A DNA stretch of 64,000 nucleotides from the NCBI GenBank assembly GCA_965116885.1, contig OZ220741.1:3648001-3712000 (forward strand), in the 5' to 3' direction. Shown here piece after piece: positions 17,848 through 28,420 of the stretch. Under the pieces are notes generated by a model. The model did no database searches and was not told the origin of the DNA. It saw only the letters and a list, made by a program, of their open reading frames with translations. This stretch comes from Candidatus Latescibacterota bacterium. GTDB lineage: Bacteria > Latescibacterota > UBA2968. Made by a program: the position numbers and the translations under genes. The first letter of the stretch is position 1; the number at the start of each line of letters is the position of its first letter.

Positions 17848-18357
17848 TTAGTATTTGATCGCATAGATCTCGACAAATTCGCCGTAGTGCCAGATGTAAT
17901 ACGCCGTGCGATAGTGCGATTTGGATCTGCCAGTTCGGGCGGCGCGTTCAATGGCTTCGGGAGGATTGACGATCAGGAGTTTGCTGTCGAGACGAAAACG
18001 AAAGCCCAGATGCGTGACAAATGGTGCGAAGATCACACTGCCTGTTCGCGCGTCGATAACGGCGAATTGCTGGCATTCTTCACCGCAAAACCACCGCACG
18101 ATGGTTTGATCGCCTGCAAAATTGGGACCGATTTTGGTGCCCTGGATCAAGCGATCTTTGAATCGAATCGCGCGCGGATGGCTCACGAGATTGACAGGAC
18201 GCGGTTTGTCTTTGTAAATTTGGTATTCGGGAATCGCAAACTGTTCAAATTCGGGTTTTTCAGTCACACGGTCAGGTGCTTCGGGTAACTCGAATTCGGG
18301 CATACAGGCAAATAATATCAAAAAGAGAACGGGATAGATCGACTTGTATTTTGGCAT
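17848..18357 (-). CDS. putative lipoprotein
   Basis: Basic N-terminus, hydrophobic stretch and LFAC lipobox; PNFAG...CGEEC block. Confidence 0.6.
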   Translation of the reverse strand: MPKYKSIYPVLFLILFACMPEFELPEAPDRVTEKPEFEQFAIPEYQIYKDKPRPVNLVSHPRAIRFKDRLIQGTKIGPNFAGDQTIVRWFCGEECQQFAVIDARTGSVIFAPFVTHLGFRFRLDSKLLIVNPPEAIERAARTGRSKSHYRTAYYIWHYGEFVEIYAIKY

Positions 18358-18469
18358 GCGTCATTTCTCGGCGATAATGGATGTCGTTGATACCATTAAC
18401 TACGCACCAAATGGCTTTTTCGTCAATATTTACCCAATTGAAAACAGATTCAATTTTGTGAGGATATCC

Positions 18470-19429
18470 ATGAGAGACAAACTAAATGCGGTTGTTCAGC
18501 CGCACAATTTTTCGGGTGTGGTTCTCGTCGTGCGATCGAGAGAGCGATTATTGGCGCAAGGATATGGGATGGCTGATTTGGAAAACAACGTGCCACATGC
18601 CCTGCATACCAAATTTCGCATTGGCTCCATAACCAAGACATTTACTGCAATGGCGGTGATGATATTGGCCGAGCAGGGCAAACTCCAAATAGACGATTTG
18701 CTCTCTGAGTATTTACCGGACATTCCCGATCACTGGACCGGGATCACATTACACCATCTGCTGAGCAATACGGCGGGGATTATGCATGTGTGGGAACTGC
18801 CCGGTTTTTCCGATACCATGTCGCTGAAAGCAACCCCTGCTGAGACAATTCAAAAAGTCGCGGATCGGCCCCTCGTGGCACCGCCGGGTACAAAATACCA
18901 TTATAGCGGAACGGGATTTTTTGTATTGTCGCAAGTGATCGAAAAAGTGTCGGGTCAATCATATCAGAATTTTTTGAAAGCGCACATATTTGACCTTATA
19001 GAGATGGTCGATACGGGATGCGATCATCCCGATCCAATTTTGCCACATCGCGCACGCGGGTATGCCCCTGCAGAGAATGGCGTGATCAATTCGCCGATGA
19101 TCTATATGCCGATTCTGACTGGTGGGGGAAATTTGTATTCCACAGCAGAAGATCTGGCGAAGTGGGATGCCGCGCTCAGCGATGGCAGGCTGATTTCACA
19201 GGCATCTTACGAGCAGATGTTTACGCCGGTGTTGAACAATTACGCCTATGGTTGGCGCGTGGAGGACAATGGAAGACGGTCTGTTATGCACGGCGGTGGC
19301 GTATCGGGATTCAGCACGGTTTTGTTGCGATTTTTAGATGACGAGGTCTGTATTATTGTATTGAGCAATGTGCATCCCGCTCCTGTAAAATCCATTGCGC
19401 AACAACTCGCGGCGGTTGTGTTTGCCTGA
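18470..19429 (+). CDS. serine hydrolase, beta-lactamase class C / AmpC-like family
   Basis: FRIGSITK (SxxK), YHYSG, MHGGG. Confidence 0.85.
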   Translation: MRDKLNAVVQPHNFSGVVLVVRSRERLLAQGYGMADLENNVPHALHTKFRIGSITKTFTAMAVMILAEQGKLQIDDLLSEYLPDIPDHWTGITLHHLLSNTAGIMHVWELPGFSDTMSLKATPAETIQKVADRPLVAPPGTKYHYSGTGFFVLSQVIEKVSGQSYQNFLKAHIFDLIEMVDTGCDHPDPILPHRARGYAPAENGVINSPMIYMPILTGGGNLYSTAEDLAKWDAALSDGRLISQASYEQMFTPVLNNYAYGWRVEDNGRRSVMHGGGVSGFSTVLLRFLDDEVCIIVLSNVHPAPVKSIAQQLAAVVFA

Positions 19430-19522
19430 GCAACACCGCTGAGTATTGCGCGTTGCTTGACTCCCCACTATCCATTGGGTACATTTGCATATCATTCACG
19501 TCATGATATAGAGGAGCTTGTT

Positions 19523-20602
19523 ATGAGCAGCACATTTGGTCGCGCATTTCGCATCACCACATGGGGGGAGTCACACGGTGGTGGCGTTGGTGTTGTTCTG
19601 GATGGATGCCCGCCCGGCCTGGAGATCAGCGAAGGAGATATCCAGGTTGAACTCGACCGCCGCAAACCTGGCCAGAGCAAAATTACCACACAGCGCAAAG
19701 AAGAAGACCAGATAGAAATCCATTCGGGTCTTTTTGAGGGCAAAACCCTGGGTACGCCCATATCGATGATGGTGTGGAATCAGGATGCGCGTTCCAAAGA
19801 TTACGAAGAAATACGCACCAAATATCGCCCTTCGCACGCCGACTACACATACCAGCAAAAATACGGTATTCGCAACTGGAAAGGGGGGGGCAGAGCCAGC
19901 GCGCGCGAGACAATCGGCCGCGTTGCAGCGGGTGCGGTCGCGCGCAAATTGCTCAAACGCGATTGCAATATTGACATTATCGCTTATGTGCGTCAGGTTC
20001 ACACCCTTGTTGCCAATGTCGATCCCGTCACGGTTACCCGCGAGCAGGTCGAGTCGAATATCGCCCGCGTACCCGATTCCGAGATTGCCGAGCAAATCAT
20101 TCGGCGCATCGATGCTGCCCGCAAAGATGGCGACTCTCTCGGTGGCGTGGTCGAAGCCGTTGCCCATCGCGTTCCTCCCGGCTGGGGCGAACCCATCTTT
20201 GACAAACTCGAAGCCGACCTCGCAAAATCTATGCTTTCACTGCCCGCCTGCAAAGGCTTTGAATCTGGCTCTGGTTTTGGCGGTATTGCGATGACTGGCT
20301 CTGCACACAACGATCCTTTTTACAACGATGGCAGCGGGATTCACACGCGCACAAATCATTCCGGCGGTATTCAGGGCGGTATCTCCAACGGCGAACCCGT
20401 TGTCATTCGCGCAGCTTTCAAGCCCACTGCTACGATTTTGGCCGAGCAAGAAACCGTCGATATCCACGGCAAATCCACCACGCTCAAAGGGCGCGGTAGG
20501 CACGACCCCTGCGTCTTACCTCGCGCAGTCCCCATTGTCGAAGCGATGATGGCACTCGTACTGGCGGACCACTATTTGCGCCAGCGCGGACAAAGAGGGT
20601 GA
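19523..20602 (+). CDS. aroC: chorismate synthase
   Basis: [32 protein letters not shown]. Confidence 0.96.
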   Translation: MSSTFGRAFRITTWGESHGGGVGVVLDGCPPGLEISEGDIQVELDRRKPGQSKITTQRKEEDQIEIHSGLFEGKTLGTPISMMVWNQDARSKDYEEIRTKYRPSHADYTYQQKYGIRNWKGGGRASARETIGRVAAGAVARKLLKRDCNIDIIAYVRQVHTLVANVDPVTVTREQVESNIARVPDSEIAEQIIRRIDAARKDGDSLGGVVEAVAHRVPPGWGEPIFDKLEADLAKSMLSLPACKGFESGSGFGGIAMTGSAHNDPFYNDGSGIHTRTNHSGGIQGGISNGEPVVIRAAFKPTATILAEQETVDIHGKSTTLKGRGRHDPCVLPRAVPIVEAMMALVLADHYLRQRGQRG

Positions 20603-20605
20603 AAA

Positions 20606-22252
20606 ATGATCGATTCCCAAATTTTCACCTGTATTAAAAATGCCAACACCCACACCTATCGCTTTCCGTGGCGGAATTTTACGCATCTTTTAAAAGATCG
20701 CGCAGAGCATCAACCAGATAAACCCGCGTTGATCTTTTGCGATTGCGATACGGATGCTCGCACGGTTATTACCTATTCTGAAGTTGAACGCCTCACCGCT
20801 GCGCTTGCGGGTCTGATGCACCGCGAATACGGCATAAGATGTGGCGATCGCGTCGGTCTTGCCTTGCCCAATTGTGCAGAAATTCCCCTGCTTACCCTTG
20901 CCCTCTTTCGCCTCGGCGCAACTTCTGTTCCCCTTGACCTTGCCAAAGATGTTGCCGAGCGCAAGCGCTACAAACTGCAGAATGCCGGGGCCAGGTTGCT
21001 CGTTGTTTTGCCCGAACATGCGAAAATTCAACGCCGCGCATTACCCGATATCCAGATTGTGACAACAGAGCAGTTGCTCGCCGCCGATGGATATGACGCA
21101 GTGGATATTGAGCCTGAGTGGTCTGGCGATCCAGAGGGCGAACAATACACCGGCATTGTGCTGTACACATCGGGTACAACAGGCCATCCCAAAGGCGCGT
21201 GTATTACCCGACAGAGCCTTACATCCAATGCCGATGGCATTATTCAGTGGCTCGGATTTGATGCACGCGAACGCCTCAACCTCGTTTTACCACTTCATCA
21301 TATCAATTCCACCACGTTTTCGATCACCAGCCTCATGGTGGGGGGGAGCCTTGTGCTCAATTCGCGCTACAGTGTTTCGGCGTTCTGGCGTATCATATCG
21401 CGGGAGCGGGCGACATCTGCGAGTATTGTACCGACGATTATGGCTGATCTGATCGCCCGCGCCGATGACTTTGAGCGCGAGGGCTATGACATATCTTCAC
21501 TAAAAAAAATTATGATCGGCTCGGCACCTGTTCAGCCCAATATTGCCTGCCAGTTTGTCGATCGCTTTGGCGTTCGTCTCGTTCAAGGGTATGGCTCAAC
21601 CGAAGTTAGTTTGCGCGTTACCGGCGTACCACCCGATTTGCGCGATGAACAGTATCGCGATGTGCTGGAACAAAATGCCATTGGTGTTGAGCTTGCGAAT
21701 AATAACATAAGAATTGATGGTGGGCGAAACGAAGGCGATATCGGCGAAATCCTCGTGCGCGGTCCCGTGGTTGCCAATGGCTACCTCAATCAGCCCAAAG
21801 ATACTGCCGAAGTTTTTTGCAATGGCTGGTTCCGCAGTGGCGACATGGGATATTTCCGCGACCTGTATAACCATCGTTTCTATTTTATTCACGGTCGAAC
21901 AAAAGAAATCATTATCAAAGGCGGTGTCAATATATCACCCATCGCCGTTGAAAATGCCCTGCTCGACGCCTGTCCAGAACTCGACGCTGTTTATGTGATT
22001 GGTCTTCGTCATGACCGATGGGGGGAAGACGTTTGTGCAGCGGCTATTTTTAAATCTGGGACCGACCAGTCCGAGGCAGCCCAGGATATTCTCAGACGCG
22101 GACAAAGCGGCCAAGTCCCAGGCTTGAGTACTTACGAAGCCCCTTCTCGCATTATCCCAATTACACCTGAAGATCGCCCGTTGACCTCTACGGGTAAAGT
22201 TCAGCGCAGCACCCTGCAAGAGATTATCCAAAACCAGATTGACAATGCGTGA
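20606..22252 (+). CDS. class I adenylate-forming enzyme (acyl-CoA synthetase; possibly MenE-like)
   Basis: YTSGTTGHPKG, QGYGSTE, GWFRSGD, TSTGKVQR. Confidence 0.85.
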   Translation: MIDSQIFTCIKNANTHTYRFPWRNFTHLLKDRAEHQPDKPALIFCDCDTDARTVITYSEVERLTAALAGLMHREYGIRCGDRVGLALPNCAEIPLLTLALFRLGATSVPLDLAKDVAERKRYKLQNAGARLLVVLPEHAKIQRRALPDIQIVTTEQLLAADGYDAVDIEPEWSGDPEGEQYTGIVLYTSGTTGHPKGACITRQSLTSNADGIIQWLGFDARERLNLVLPLHHINSTTFSITSLMVGGSLVLNSRYSVSAFWRIISRERATSASIVPTIMADLIARADDFEREGYDISSLKKIMIGSAPVQPNIACQFVDRFGVRLVQGYGSTEVSLRVTGVPPDLRDEQYRDVLEQNAIGVELANNNIRIDGGRNEGDIGEILVRGPVVANGYLNQPKDTAEVFCNGWFRSGDMGYFRDLYNHRFYFIHGRTKEIIIKGGVNISPIAVENALLDACPELDAVYVIGLRHDRWGEDVCAAAIFKSGTDQSEAAQDILRRGQSGQVPGLSTYEAPSRIIPITPEDRPLTSTGKVQRSTLQEIIQNQIDNA

Positions 22253-22329
22253 ACTCCTGTCTGCGATTGACACAATTTGTCCGGTGTATTATATAGGGAC
22301 TGGCTACTGACTACTTTCTGGTGATTGTC

Positions 22330-22650
22330 ATGTTGCGTATTTTTCTCCTCCTATTTCGTCTCTTGCGCGTACGCGGTGTCTTGTCAATCATCTCTCGACT
22401 CCCAAAATACTTGCGCCTTACCTGGCGACTTTTATGGGATTCTCGCATACCTTTATTGCCCAAAGTGTTTGTAATTTTAACCGTTTTATACGGGCTTTCT
22501 CCTTTTGATATTATCCCAGAGGCAATTCTTCCCCATATCGGACTGGGAGATGACATCGTGTTTGTTATCCTGTCTATTCGCAATTTGATCGCGGCCAGTC
22601 CGCAGAATATCGTCCAGGAGCACGCCCGCAAGATTGCAGAGAAGTCGTGA
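22330..22650 (+). CDS. DUF1232 / YkvA-family membrane protein
   Basis: YGLSPFDIIPE...GLGDD. Confidence 0.75.
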   Translation: MLRIFLLLFRLLRVRGVLSIISRLPKYLRLTWRLLWDSRIPLLPKVFVILTVLYGLSPFDIIPEAILPHIGLGDDIVFVILSIRNLIAASPQNIVQEHARKIAEKS

Positions 22651-22653
22651 TTT

Positions 22654-23748
22654 ATGTCTCGCATGGATTTCAAAACACAGATCGCTGCCGATCTTCTTAC
22701 GTGGTATCGCAAGTATAAACGCGATTTGCCGTGGCGACAGACAGACGATCCCTATCGCATCCTGTTGTCTGAGTTTATGCTCCAGCAAACGCAGGTCGAT
22801 ACTGTTATTCCCTATTACCATCGTTTTCTCGACCGTTTTCCCACGGTTTACGACCTCGCCAATGCCTCACAGGATGATGTCCTCAAAGCCTGGGAGGGAT
22901 TGGGCTATTACGCTCGCGCCCGCAATTTGCACAAAGCCGCGCATTCTATTGCCACAGATTTTGGCGGTACAGTGCCCGATACCTACGACGAACTCAAATC
23001 CCTACCCGGATTTGGGCCTTATACCACAGCCGCAGTTTTGAGCATTGCTTATGATCGCGACCATGCCGTGCTCGATGGCAATGTTATTCGCGTTGTCACG
23101 CGTCTCTTTGATATTGGTGACGACGTCACGCAAACCCGCGTCAAAAATCAATTGTGGAACCTCGCCCAGACCCTGTTGCCAAAAGGTGAAGCAGGTACCT
23201 ATAATCAGGCGATTATGGAACTCGGTGCAATGGTCTGTACTGCCAAAAACCCGGTGTGCGATCAGTGTCCCGTGCAAAAATACTGTGCCGCGTACAAGAC
23301 CGGAAATCCGCAGCGTCTGCCCGTCAAAGCCAAAAAGAAACCACGCCCCCATCATACGCTGTGCGCGGGTATTGTGTGGCACAATGGCAAAGTGCTCATT
23401 ACCCAACGCCCGCAAAATGGCTTACTCGGCGGGCTTTGGGAATTTCCCGCAGGAACGCAACAGGACGGGGCGTCTTTGCAAGATACTTGCAGGCGTGGGA
23501 TAAGAGAAATCGCGGGTATTGATGTCGAAATTGACGATCGCTACCGCACCGTCAAGCACGCTTTTACGCACTTTAGTATCACCTTGCACACTTTCCAGTG
23601 CCATTATGTCAAGGGCAGGGCGCGTCCACTCCTGTGTGACAATCTCGCCTGGATTATGCGTGCCGATTTCAACGCTTATGCTTTTTCTCGCACCAGCCGC
23701 AAACTCATTGAGTATCTACAACAAGATGTCCAAACCGGCCTTTTTTGA
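22654..23748 (+). CDS. mutY: A/G-specific adenine glycosylase
   Basis: RDLPWR, SEFMLQQTQV, WEGLGYYARARN, HhH motif LPGFGPYTT, Fe-S Cys motif, NUDIX-like C-terminus. Confidence 0.95.
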   Translation: MSRMDFKTQIAADLLTWYRKYKRDLPWRQTDDPYRILLSEFMLQQTQVDTVIPYYHRFLDRFPTVYDLANASQDDVLKAWEGLGYYARARNLHKAAHSIATDFGGTVPDTYDELKSLPGFGPYTTAAVLSIAYDRDHAVLDGNVIRVVTRLFDIGDDVTQTRVKNQLWNLAQTLLPKGEAGTYNQAIMELGAMVCTAKNPVCDQCPVQKYCAAYKTGNPQRLPVKAKKKPRPHHTLCAGIVWHNGKVLITQRPQNGLLGGLWEFPAGTQQDGASLQDTCRRGIREIAGIDVEIDDRYRTVKHAFTHFSITLHTFQCHYVKGRARPLLCDNLAWIMRADFNAYAFSRTSRKLIEYLQQDVQTGLF

Positions 23749-23775
23749 TTTGAACACAGTCTCTGGGAGGGTTTC

Positions 23776-24594
23776 ATGAAACTCGAAAACAAAATCGCGC
23801 TCATCACGGGTGCGGGATCGGGCATTGGCAAAGCCATTGCGCTCGAAATGGGCAATGCAGGCGCGCATATCGCCGTTAACGATCTCACGGCCGAAACAGC
23901 CGGAATTACCGCACGCCAGATTGAAGACCTCGGACGCGAGGCTCTTGTCATCCCCGCAGATGTGGCTGACTCGGAGCAGGTCGAGAATATGGTTCAGCAG
24001 ACGCTCAATCGCTTCGGGCGCATCGATATTCTGGTCAACAATGCCGGTGTGTACATTCCTCAGGATGGCGGCGTTACAGCTATTACAGATGAAGCGTGGC
24101 AGCGCATTCTGGATGTCAATCTCAATGGCCCTTTTTATTGTAGTCGCGCCGTTGTCAAAGACATGATAGCGCGCAAGCAGGGCGGTAAAATTATCAATAT
24201 TTCGTCTGTACAGGCCGAGGTCGCGCATTTTGACGCTTCTGCCTATCAGCCCTCTAAAGCCGCTGTGGTCATGCTCACGCGAACCCTTGCCGTGGAACTC
24301 GCGCCTTACAAAATCAATGTCAATGCCATTGGTCCGGGTGCTATTGCATCTGAAGGTATGGGAGCCTCATTAGGTCCTGAAGTTATCGAAGCCTACCGCA
24401 AACGCATCCCCTGGGGTGCTCGCGGATATACCCGTGATATTGGAACTGTCGCCGCCTTTCTGGCTTCGGAAGACGCGGGCTATATCACGGGCCAAATCAT
24501 CTACGTCGATGGTGGTTATTTGTCTGACAGCACACCGACGGAGCTAAAATCACAAGATCATCCCGTGCCACCCGACGATCCGGATCCGAAATAA
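23776..24594 (+). CDS. SDR family oxidoreductase
   Basis: TGAGSGIG, NNAG, YQPSK. Confidence 0.9.
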   Translation: MKLENKIALITGAGSGIGKAIALEMGNAGAHIAVNDLTAETAGITARQIEDLGREALVIPADVADSEQVENMVQQTLNRFGRIDILVNNAGVYIPQDGGVTAITDEAWQRILDVNLNGPFYCSRAVVKDMIARKQGGKIINISSVQAEVAHFDASAYQPSKAAVVMLTRTLAVELAPYKINVNAIGPGAIASEGMGASLGPEVIEAYRKRIPWGARGYTRDIGTVAAFLASEDAGYITGQIIYVDGGYLSDSTPTELKSQDHPVPPDDPDPK

Positions 24595-24595
24595 T

Positions 24596-25342
24596 ATGAT
24601 TTCTCAAAATCTCACCAATAGAACGGCTATTATCACCGGTGCCGCACAGGGTATTGGAAAAGCGATTGCTATACGCCTGGCTGAGGCCGGTGCAACTGTG
24701 GCGATTGCCGATCTCAATCTGGACAGCGCGCGCGAAACGGCTCGAGAAATCGGGGCAGGTGCATTGGCCCTGTCGCTCGATGTTGCAAATGCCGGGCGTG
24801 TGCAAAATAGTGTTGACGAATGTCTCAGTATCTGGGGACGTATCGACATCCTCGTCAATAACGCGGGCATTGTGGGACGCGATGTGCCGGTCAAAGATCT
24901 CACAGAAGGGGACTGGGACCAGGTTCTCGATATCAATCTCAAAGGGACTTTTTTGTGTTCGCGCGCTGTAATAGCGCCTATGCTCAAACAAAAAAAAGGC
25001 GCCATTGTCTCGGTCGCCTCTATAGCAGGCAAAGAAGGCAATCCCAGTATGGCACCTTATTCTGTCTCTAAAGCGGGTATTATATGTTTTACCAAAGCCC
25101 TGGCCAAGGAGCATCTCGAGGACAATATTCGCGTCAACTGCGTCTCGCCAGCTCTGATCGAAACCCCACTTTTGGCAGATGTGGAGCCAGAGCAACTCGG
25201 TTACATGACGTCCAAAATTCCCCTCGGTCGCCTCGGCCAGCCGGAAGAAGTCGCCGCTGTTGTCCACTTTCTCGCATCCGACGATGCCTCTTTTGTGACC
25301 GGGCAGTGTTATGATGTCAGCGGTGGCAGGGCGACGTATTGA
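24596..25342 (+). CDS. SDR family oxidoreductase (FabG-like)
   Basis: TGAAQGIG, NNAG, YSVSK. Confidence 0.9.
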   Translation: MISQNLTNRTAIITGAAQGIGKAIAIRLAEAGATVAIADLNLDSARETAREIGAGALALSLDVANAGRVQNSVDECLSIWGRIDILVNNAGIVGRDVPVKDLTEGDWDQVLDINLKGTFLCSRAVIAPMLKQKKGAIVSVASIAGKEGNPSMAPYSVSKAGIICFTKALAKEHLEDNIRVNCVSPALIETPLLADVEPEQLGYMTSKIPLGRLGQPEEVAAVVHFLASDDASFVTGQCYDVSGGRATY

Positions 25343-25348
25343 TAGGAT

Positions 25349-25513
25349 TTACCCGAGCGGTCGCGCGCTGAATACTTCTCTCAAATAGAGAACGACCCAT
25401 CCGATAGCTGTCACCGCTACCGCTATACCCACAGCAATCAGACATAGAAACCATCCCGGCGGTCGAGAATCTGGATCGTGATAGGGGTTTCGTCGGGGAT
25501 CGTCCCAGCGCAT
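25349..25513 (-). CDS. small single-pass membrane protein (54 aa)
   Basis: Hand-translated: MRWDDPRRNPYHDPDSRPPGWFLCLIAVGIAVAVTAIGWVVLYLREVFSARPLG; AGGA upstream. Confidence 0.5.
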   Translation of the reverse strand: MRWDDPRRNPYHDPDSRPPGWFLCLIAVGIAVAVTAIGWVVLYLREVFSARPLG

Positions 25514-25540
25514 GGTCGTGTCCTGAGTAGTATCAGCAAT

Positions 25541-25981
25541 TTATTGATTTAGATCTTCTGAAAATTCAGTGCCTTCTGGCACATCTGTATCGCTCTCAAA
25601 GCAGATACTAAATCCATCCGGGTCGTTCAATGAAACAACCCACATTCCGTTTCCGACAAAGGGATTCGATACCTCGATCCCCCGATTCTTGATTCTGCGA
25701 TAGATCGTCAGGGCATCTTCGCACATGAATACAATCGAGACGCCTTCGCCCACTTTTCCTTCGGGCACCCATGAATTGTGTCCCTCCTTTTGGTATTCCT
25801 GCAACATCAGCGCAGCGTCCCCGCATTGGAGCCAGCACCAGCGAAGTTTCCCATCCGGTTCCCATTTATGGATCATTTCAAATCCGAGAACATCGACATA
25901 GAAGCGGACAGACGCTTTGATGTTTGATACCGAAAAGAATGGGATCGCCTGTTTGACATTTGGTTTTGCTTCAACGGTCAT
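25541..25981 (-). CDS. VOC / glyoxalase family protein
   Basis: VSNIKASVRFYVDVLGF...LNDPDGF. Confidence 0.85.
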   Translation of the reverse strand: MTVEAKPNVKQAIPFFSVSNIKASVRFYVDVLGFEMIHKWEPDGKLRWCWLQCGDAALMLQEYQKEGHNSWVPEGKVGEGVSIVFMCEDALTIYRRIKNRGIEVSNPFVGNGMWVVSLNDPDGFSICFESDTDVPEGTEFSEDLNQ

Positions 25982-26011
25982 TATTTGCTCCTTATGTTTT
26001 TAGAAGTGTGG

Positions 26012-26161
26012 TTATTGAAAGATATAAAATTCCGCAATGACGGGATCAATGCCGCGAACATAGAGTAGTAAAATTATTGCGAGGATAATAAAGAGAGCGA
26101 CGCAGAGGAGCACAAACCCATTTTTTTGGTGCCATTTGGGGGGGATGTTGGGATCGTTCAT
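26012..26161 (-). CDS. small single-pass membrane protein (49 aa)
   Basis: Hand-translated: MNDPNIPPKWHQKNGFVLLCVALFIILAIILLLYVRGIDPVIAEFYIFQ; ATGA overlap with the rdgB stop. Confidence 0.55.
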   Translation of the reverse strand: MNDPNIPPKWHQKNGFVLLCVALFIILAIILLLYVRGIDPVIAEFYIFQ

Positions 26162-26763
26162 GGTATGGACGCGCTGAAAAGGTCGAGAATGAGGGGTAAG
26201 ATGGCACGTAGCGCCTGGCCCCGATGACTGATGCGATTTTTTTCGTCAGAAGATAGCTCGGCGGAAGTGGCGTTTTGGGTGGGAACGTAAAAGAGCGGAT
26301 CGTAGCCAAAGCCATTCGCGCCTCGGGGTGTTGTGAGGATGCGGCCCTTCCAGATAGCTTCGGAGGTCTGTACGCGGCCATCAGGTGAGGCGAGAGCCAT
26401 CGCGCAGCAGAAGTGCGCGGTGCGCTGTTTCGCGGGAATGTCGCGCATGTTTTCGATGAGTTTGGCATTATTTGCCTTATCCGTGGCATCTTCCCCAGCG
26501 TAACGTGCGGAATATATGCCGGGTGCGCCATTTAAGGCGTCAACCACAAGGCCAGAGTCATCGGCCAAAGCAGGCAAGCCCGTGTATTTTGCAATTTCAC
26601 GGGCTTTTTTTATGGCATTGGCTTCAAAGGTTTCGCCGTCTTCGATTACTTTGGGCGCGTTGGGAAATGCATCGAGCGAGATTACTTGAATCTCAGAGTC
26701 GAGCAGGTTCTGGATTTCCCGGCACTTGCCTTGATTGCGGGTGGCGAGTATGAGGGTAGGCAT
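26158..26763 (-). CDS. rdgB: dITP/XTP pyrophosphatase
   Basis: ATRNQGK, ADDSGL, GAPGIYSAR, GFGYDP, KNRISHR. Confidence 0.95.
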   Translation of the reverse strand: MPTLILATRNQGKCREIQNLLDSEIQVISLDAFPNAPKVIEDGETFEANAIKKAREIAKYTGLPALADDSGLVVDALNGAPGIYSARYAGEDATDKANNAKLIENMRDIPAKQRTAHFCCAMALASPDGRVQTSEAIWKGRILTTPRGANGFGYDPLFYVPTQNATSAELSSDEKNRISHRGQALRAILPLILDLFSASIP

Positions 26764-26830
26764 AGGTGTGATCCGCAGATGAACGCAGATAAAGAAGAGG
26801 GGCTGAGGACTGGCTACTGACAACTGGTTA

Positions 26831-27547
26831 CTATTGCGCCAAAACATCGCGCTGGAGTTGGGTGATTTCGGAGATGCCCTTTTGGGCGAGGGTGATGAGG
26901 TGTTGCATTTGATCGAATGTGAAGGGATTTCCTTCGGCTGTACCCTGTACCTCGACAAAGTTGCCCTGACCGGTCATGACGATATTCATATCCACTTCGG
27001 CGGTTGCATCCTCGGCATAACACAAATCGAGCAGGGGCGTGTTGCCAATGATGCCCACGCTGACGGCGGCGACGGAATCGCCAAGAGGATTTTTGGTAAT
27101 CCTGCCCTCATTTTTGAGCTTGTCAATCGCATCGACGACTGCAACATAAGCTCCCGAAATTGAAGCTGTGCGGGTGCCGCCGTCGGCTTGTAACACATCG
27201 CAGTCGATCCAGAGGGTGCGCGAGCCGAGTTTTTTGAGGTCGATCACGGCACGCAGTGCGCGGCCAATAAGGCGTTGAATTTCCTGGGTTCTGCCCTTAG
27301 TACCGCGCGTTTCGCGCTCGCTGCGCGTATGGGTTGAACGGGGCAACATGGCGTATTCTGCCGTGATCCAGCCCGTGTTTTTGCCCACGAGAAAATGGGG
27401 TACGCGGTTCTCAACACTGGCTGTGCATATAACGTGTGTATCACCCATTTTGATCAGTGCCGATCCTTCGGCGTGTTTCATAAATCCGCGTTCAATACTC
27501 ACGGGACGCAACTGATCTGGGCGGCGTCCATCTATGCGCTGGCTCAT
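26831..27547 (-). CDS. rph: ribonuclease PH
   Basis: [40 protein letters not shown]. Confidence 0.96.
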   Translation of the reverse strand: MSQRIDGRRPDQLRPVSIERGFMKHAEGSALIKMGDTHVICTASVENRVPHFLVGKNTGWITAEYAMLPRSTHTRSERETRGTKGRTQEIQRLIGRALRAVIDLKKLGSRTLWIDCDVLQADGGTRTASISGAYVAVVDAIDKLKNEGRITKNPLGDSVAAVSVGIIGNTPLLDLCYAEDATAEVDMNIVMTGQGNFVEVQGTAEGNPFTFDQMQHLITLAQKGISEITQLQRDVLAQ

Positions 27548-27562
27548 AAGTACTCCTTGTTA

Positions 27563-28417
27563 TTACCGTGGATCGATCCATTTCTCTTCGGGATTGCCCA
27601 ATTCGCGGAAGTCTTGCCCGGTGACGTGGATGATATGACACATTTCGAGAAAACGAGAATAGATGCGACCCTGTGCGAGGTCTTTCAATTCATCGGCTTT
27701 TTGGTTTGTGGTCACAAAGGTCAGGCGTTGATTGGCATAGCGAGCGTCAATGAGGTTGTAGAGGATTTCCAATTCCCATTCGGTATTGCGCTGCACACCA
27801 AAATCGTCGATGACGAGATAGGGAACATTGCTCAGTATATCAATCATGGGCATGGCCTGCCCATGTGTATCACTGCTTTCGTCAAATGTGTGTCTGAGTT
27901 CCTGAAAGCTCTTTGAGAGGGAGATAAATTTGCCGGGTTTTACAAACCGAAAAATGAGTTCGTTGAGCAAAATATAAGCAAAGTAAGTTTTTCCTCGACC
28001 CGGCTCACCCCACAAATAGAAGCCTTTAATCGATGCTTTATTGCCGTAAATATTATCGACTAAGGTACTGAAATAGGACTTGAGGAGTGTCGCTCCCTGT
28101 ATGATCTGCCCATTGTCATGCTGCACCTTAAAGTCCTCTAAGAACTTAAAGCGAAAAGGTGCAGGTATGCCCGATTTTCGGATGTATTTGTCAATGTGGA
28201 TTATTTTTTTTCGAAAGGGATAACACGGGCACCAGGTGGGTTCGCCGCTCTTTGGCTCCAGGGTCATAAAAGGCGACTTGCCGCCGCATCGACAGTGTTC
28301 GAGGACTTTTGGAGAGAGTGTGATTTTTCCGTGAAGTCCCGCTTCGACATGGGGGTCGTAGTCGTAGCCGAGGTCATTGGGGGGGAGGTCAATGACTGTT
28401 GTGTGTACAGGTGTGAT
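27563..28417 (-). CDS. DnaC/IstB-like AAA+ ATPase with N-terminal Cys motif (putative helicase loader)
   Basis: Walker A GEPGRGKT, Walker B LVIDD, TTN, RIYSR. Frame is open 51 codons upstream of the first ATG (28267) and includes CRCGG, which pairs with WCPC just after the ATG. Start uncertain. Confidence 0.75.
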   Translation of the reverse strand: MTPVHTTVIDLPPNDLGYDYDPHVEAGLHGKITLSPKVLEHCRCGGKSPFMTLEPKSGEPTWCPCYPFRKKIIHIDKYIRKSGIPAPFRFKFLEDFKVQHDNGQIIQGATLLKSYFSTLVDNIYGNKASIKGFYLWGEPGRGKTYFAYILLNELIFRFVKPGKFISLSKSFQELRHTFDESSDTHGQAMPMIDILSNVPYLVIDDFGVQRNTEWELEILYNLIDARYANQRLTFVTTNQKADELKDLAQGRIYSRFLEMCHIIHVTGQDFRELGNPEEKWIDPR

Positions 28418-28420
28418 GAT

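Noticed and set aside
27563..28267. IS21 element (IstB-like ATPase)
   Set aside because: No IstA transposase or terminal inverted repeats; the gene sits inside a housekeeping operon.
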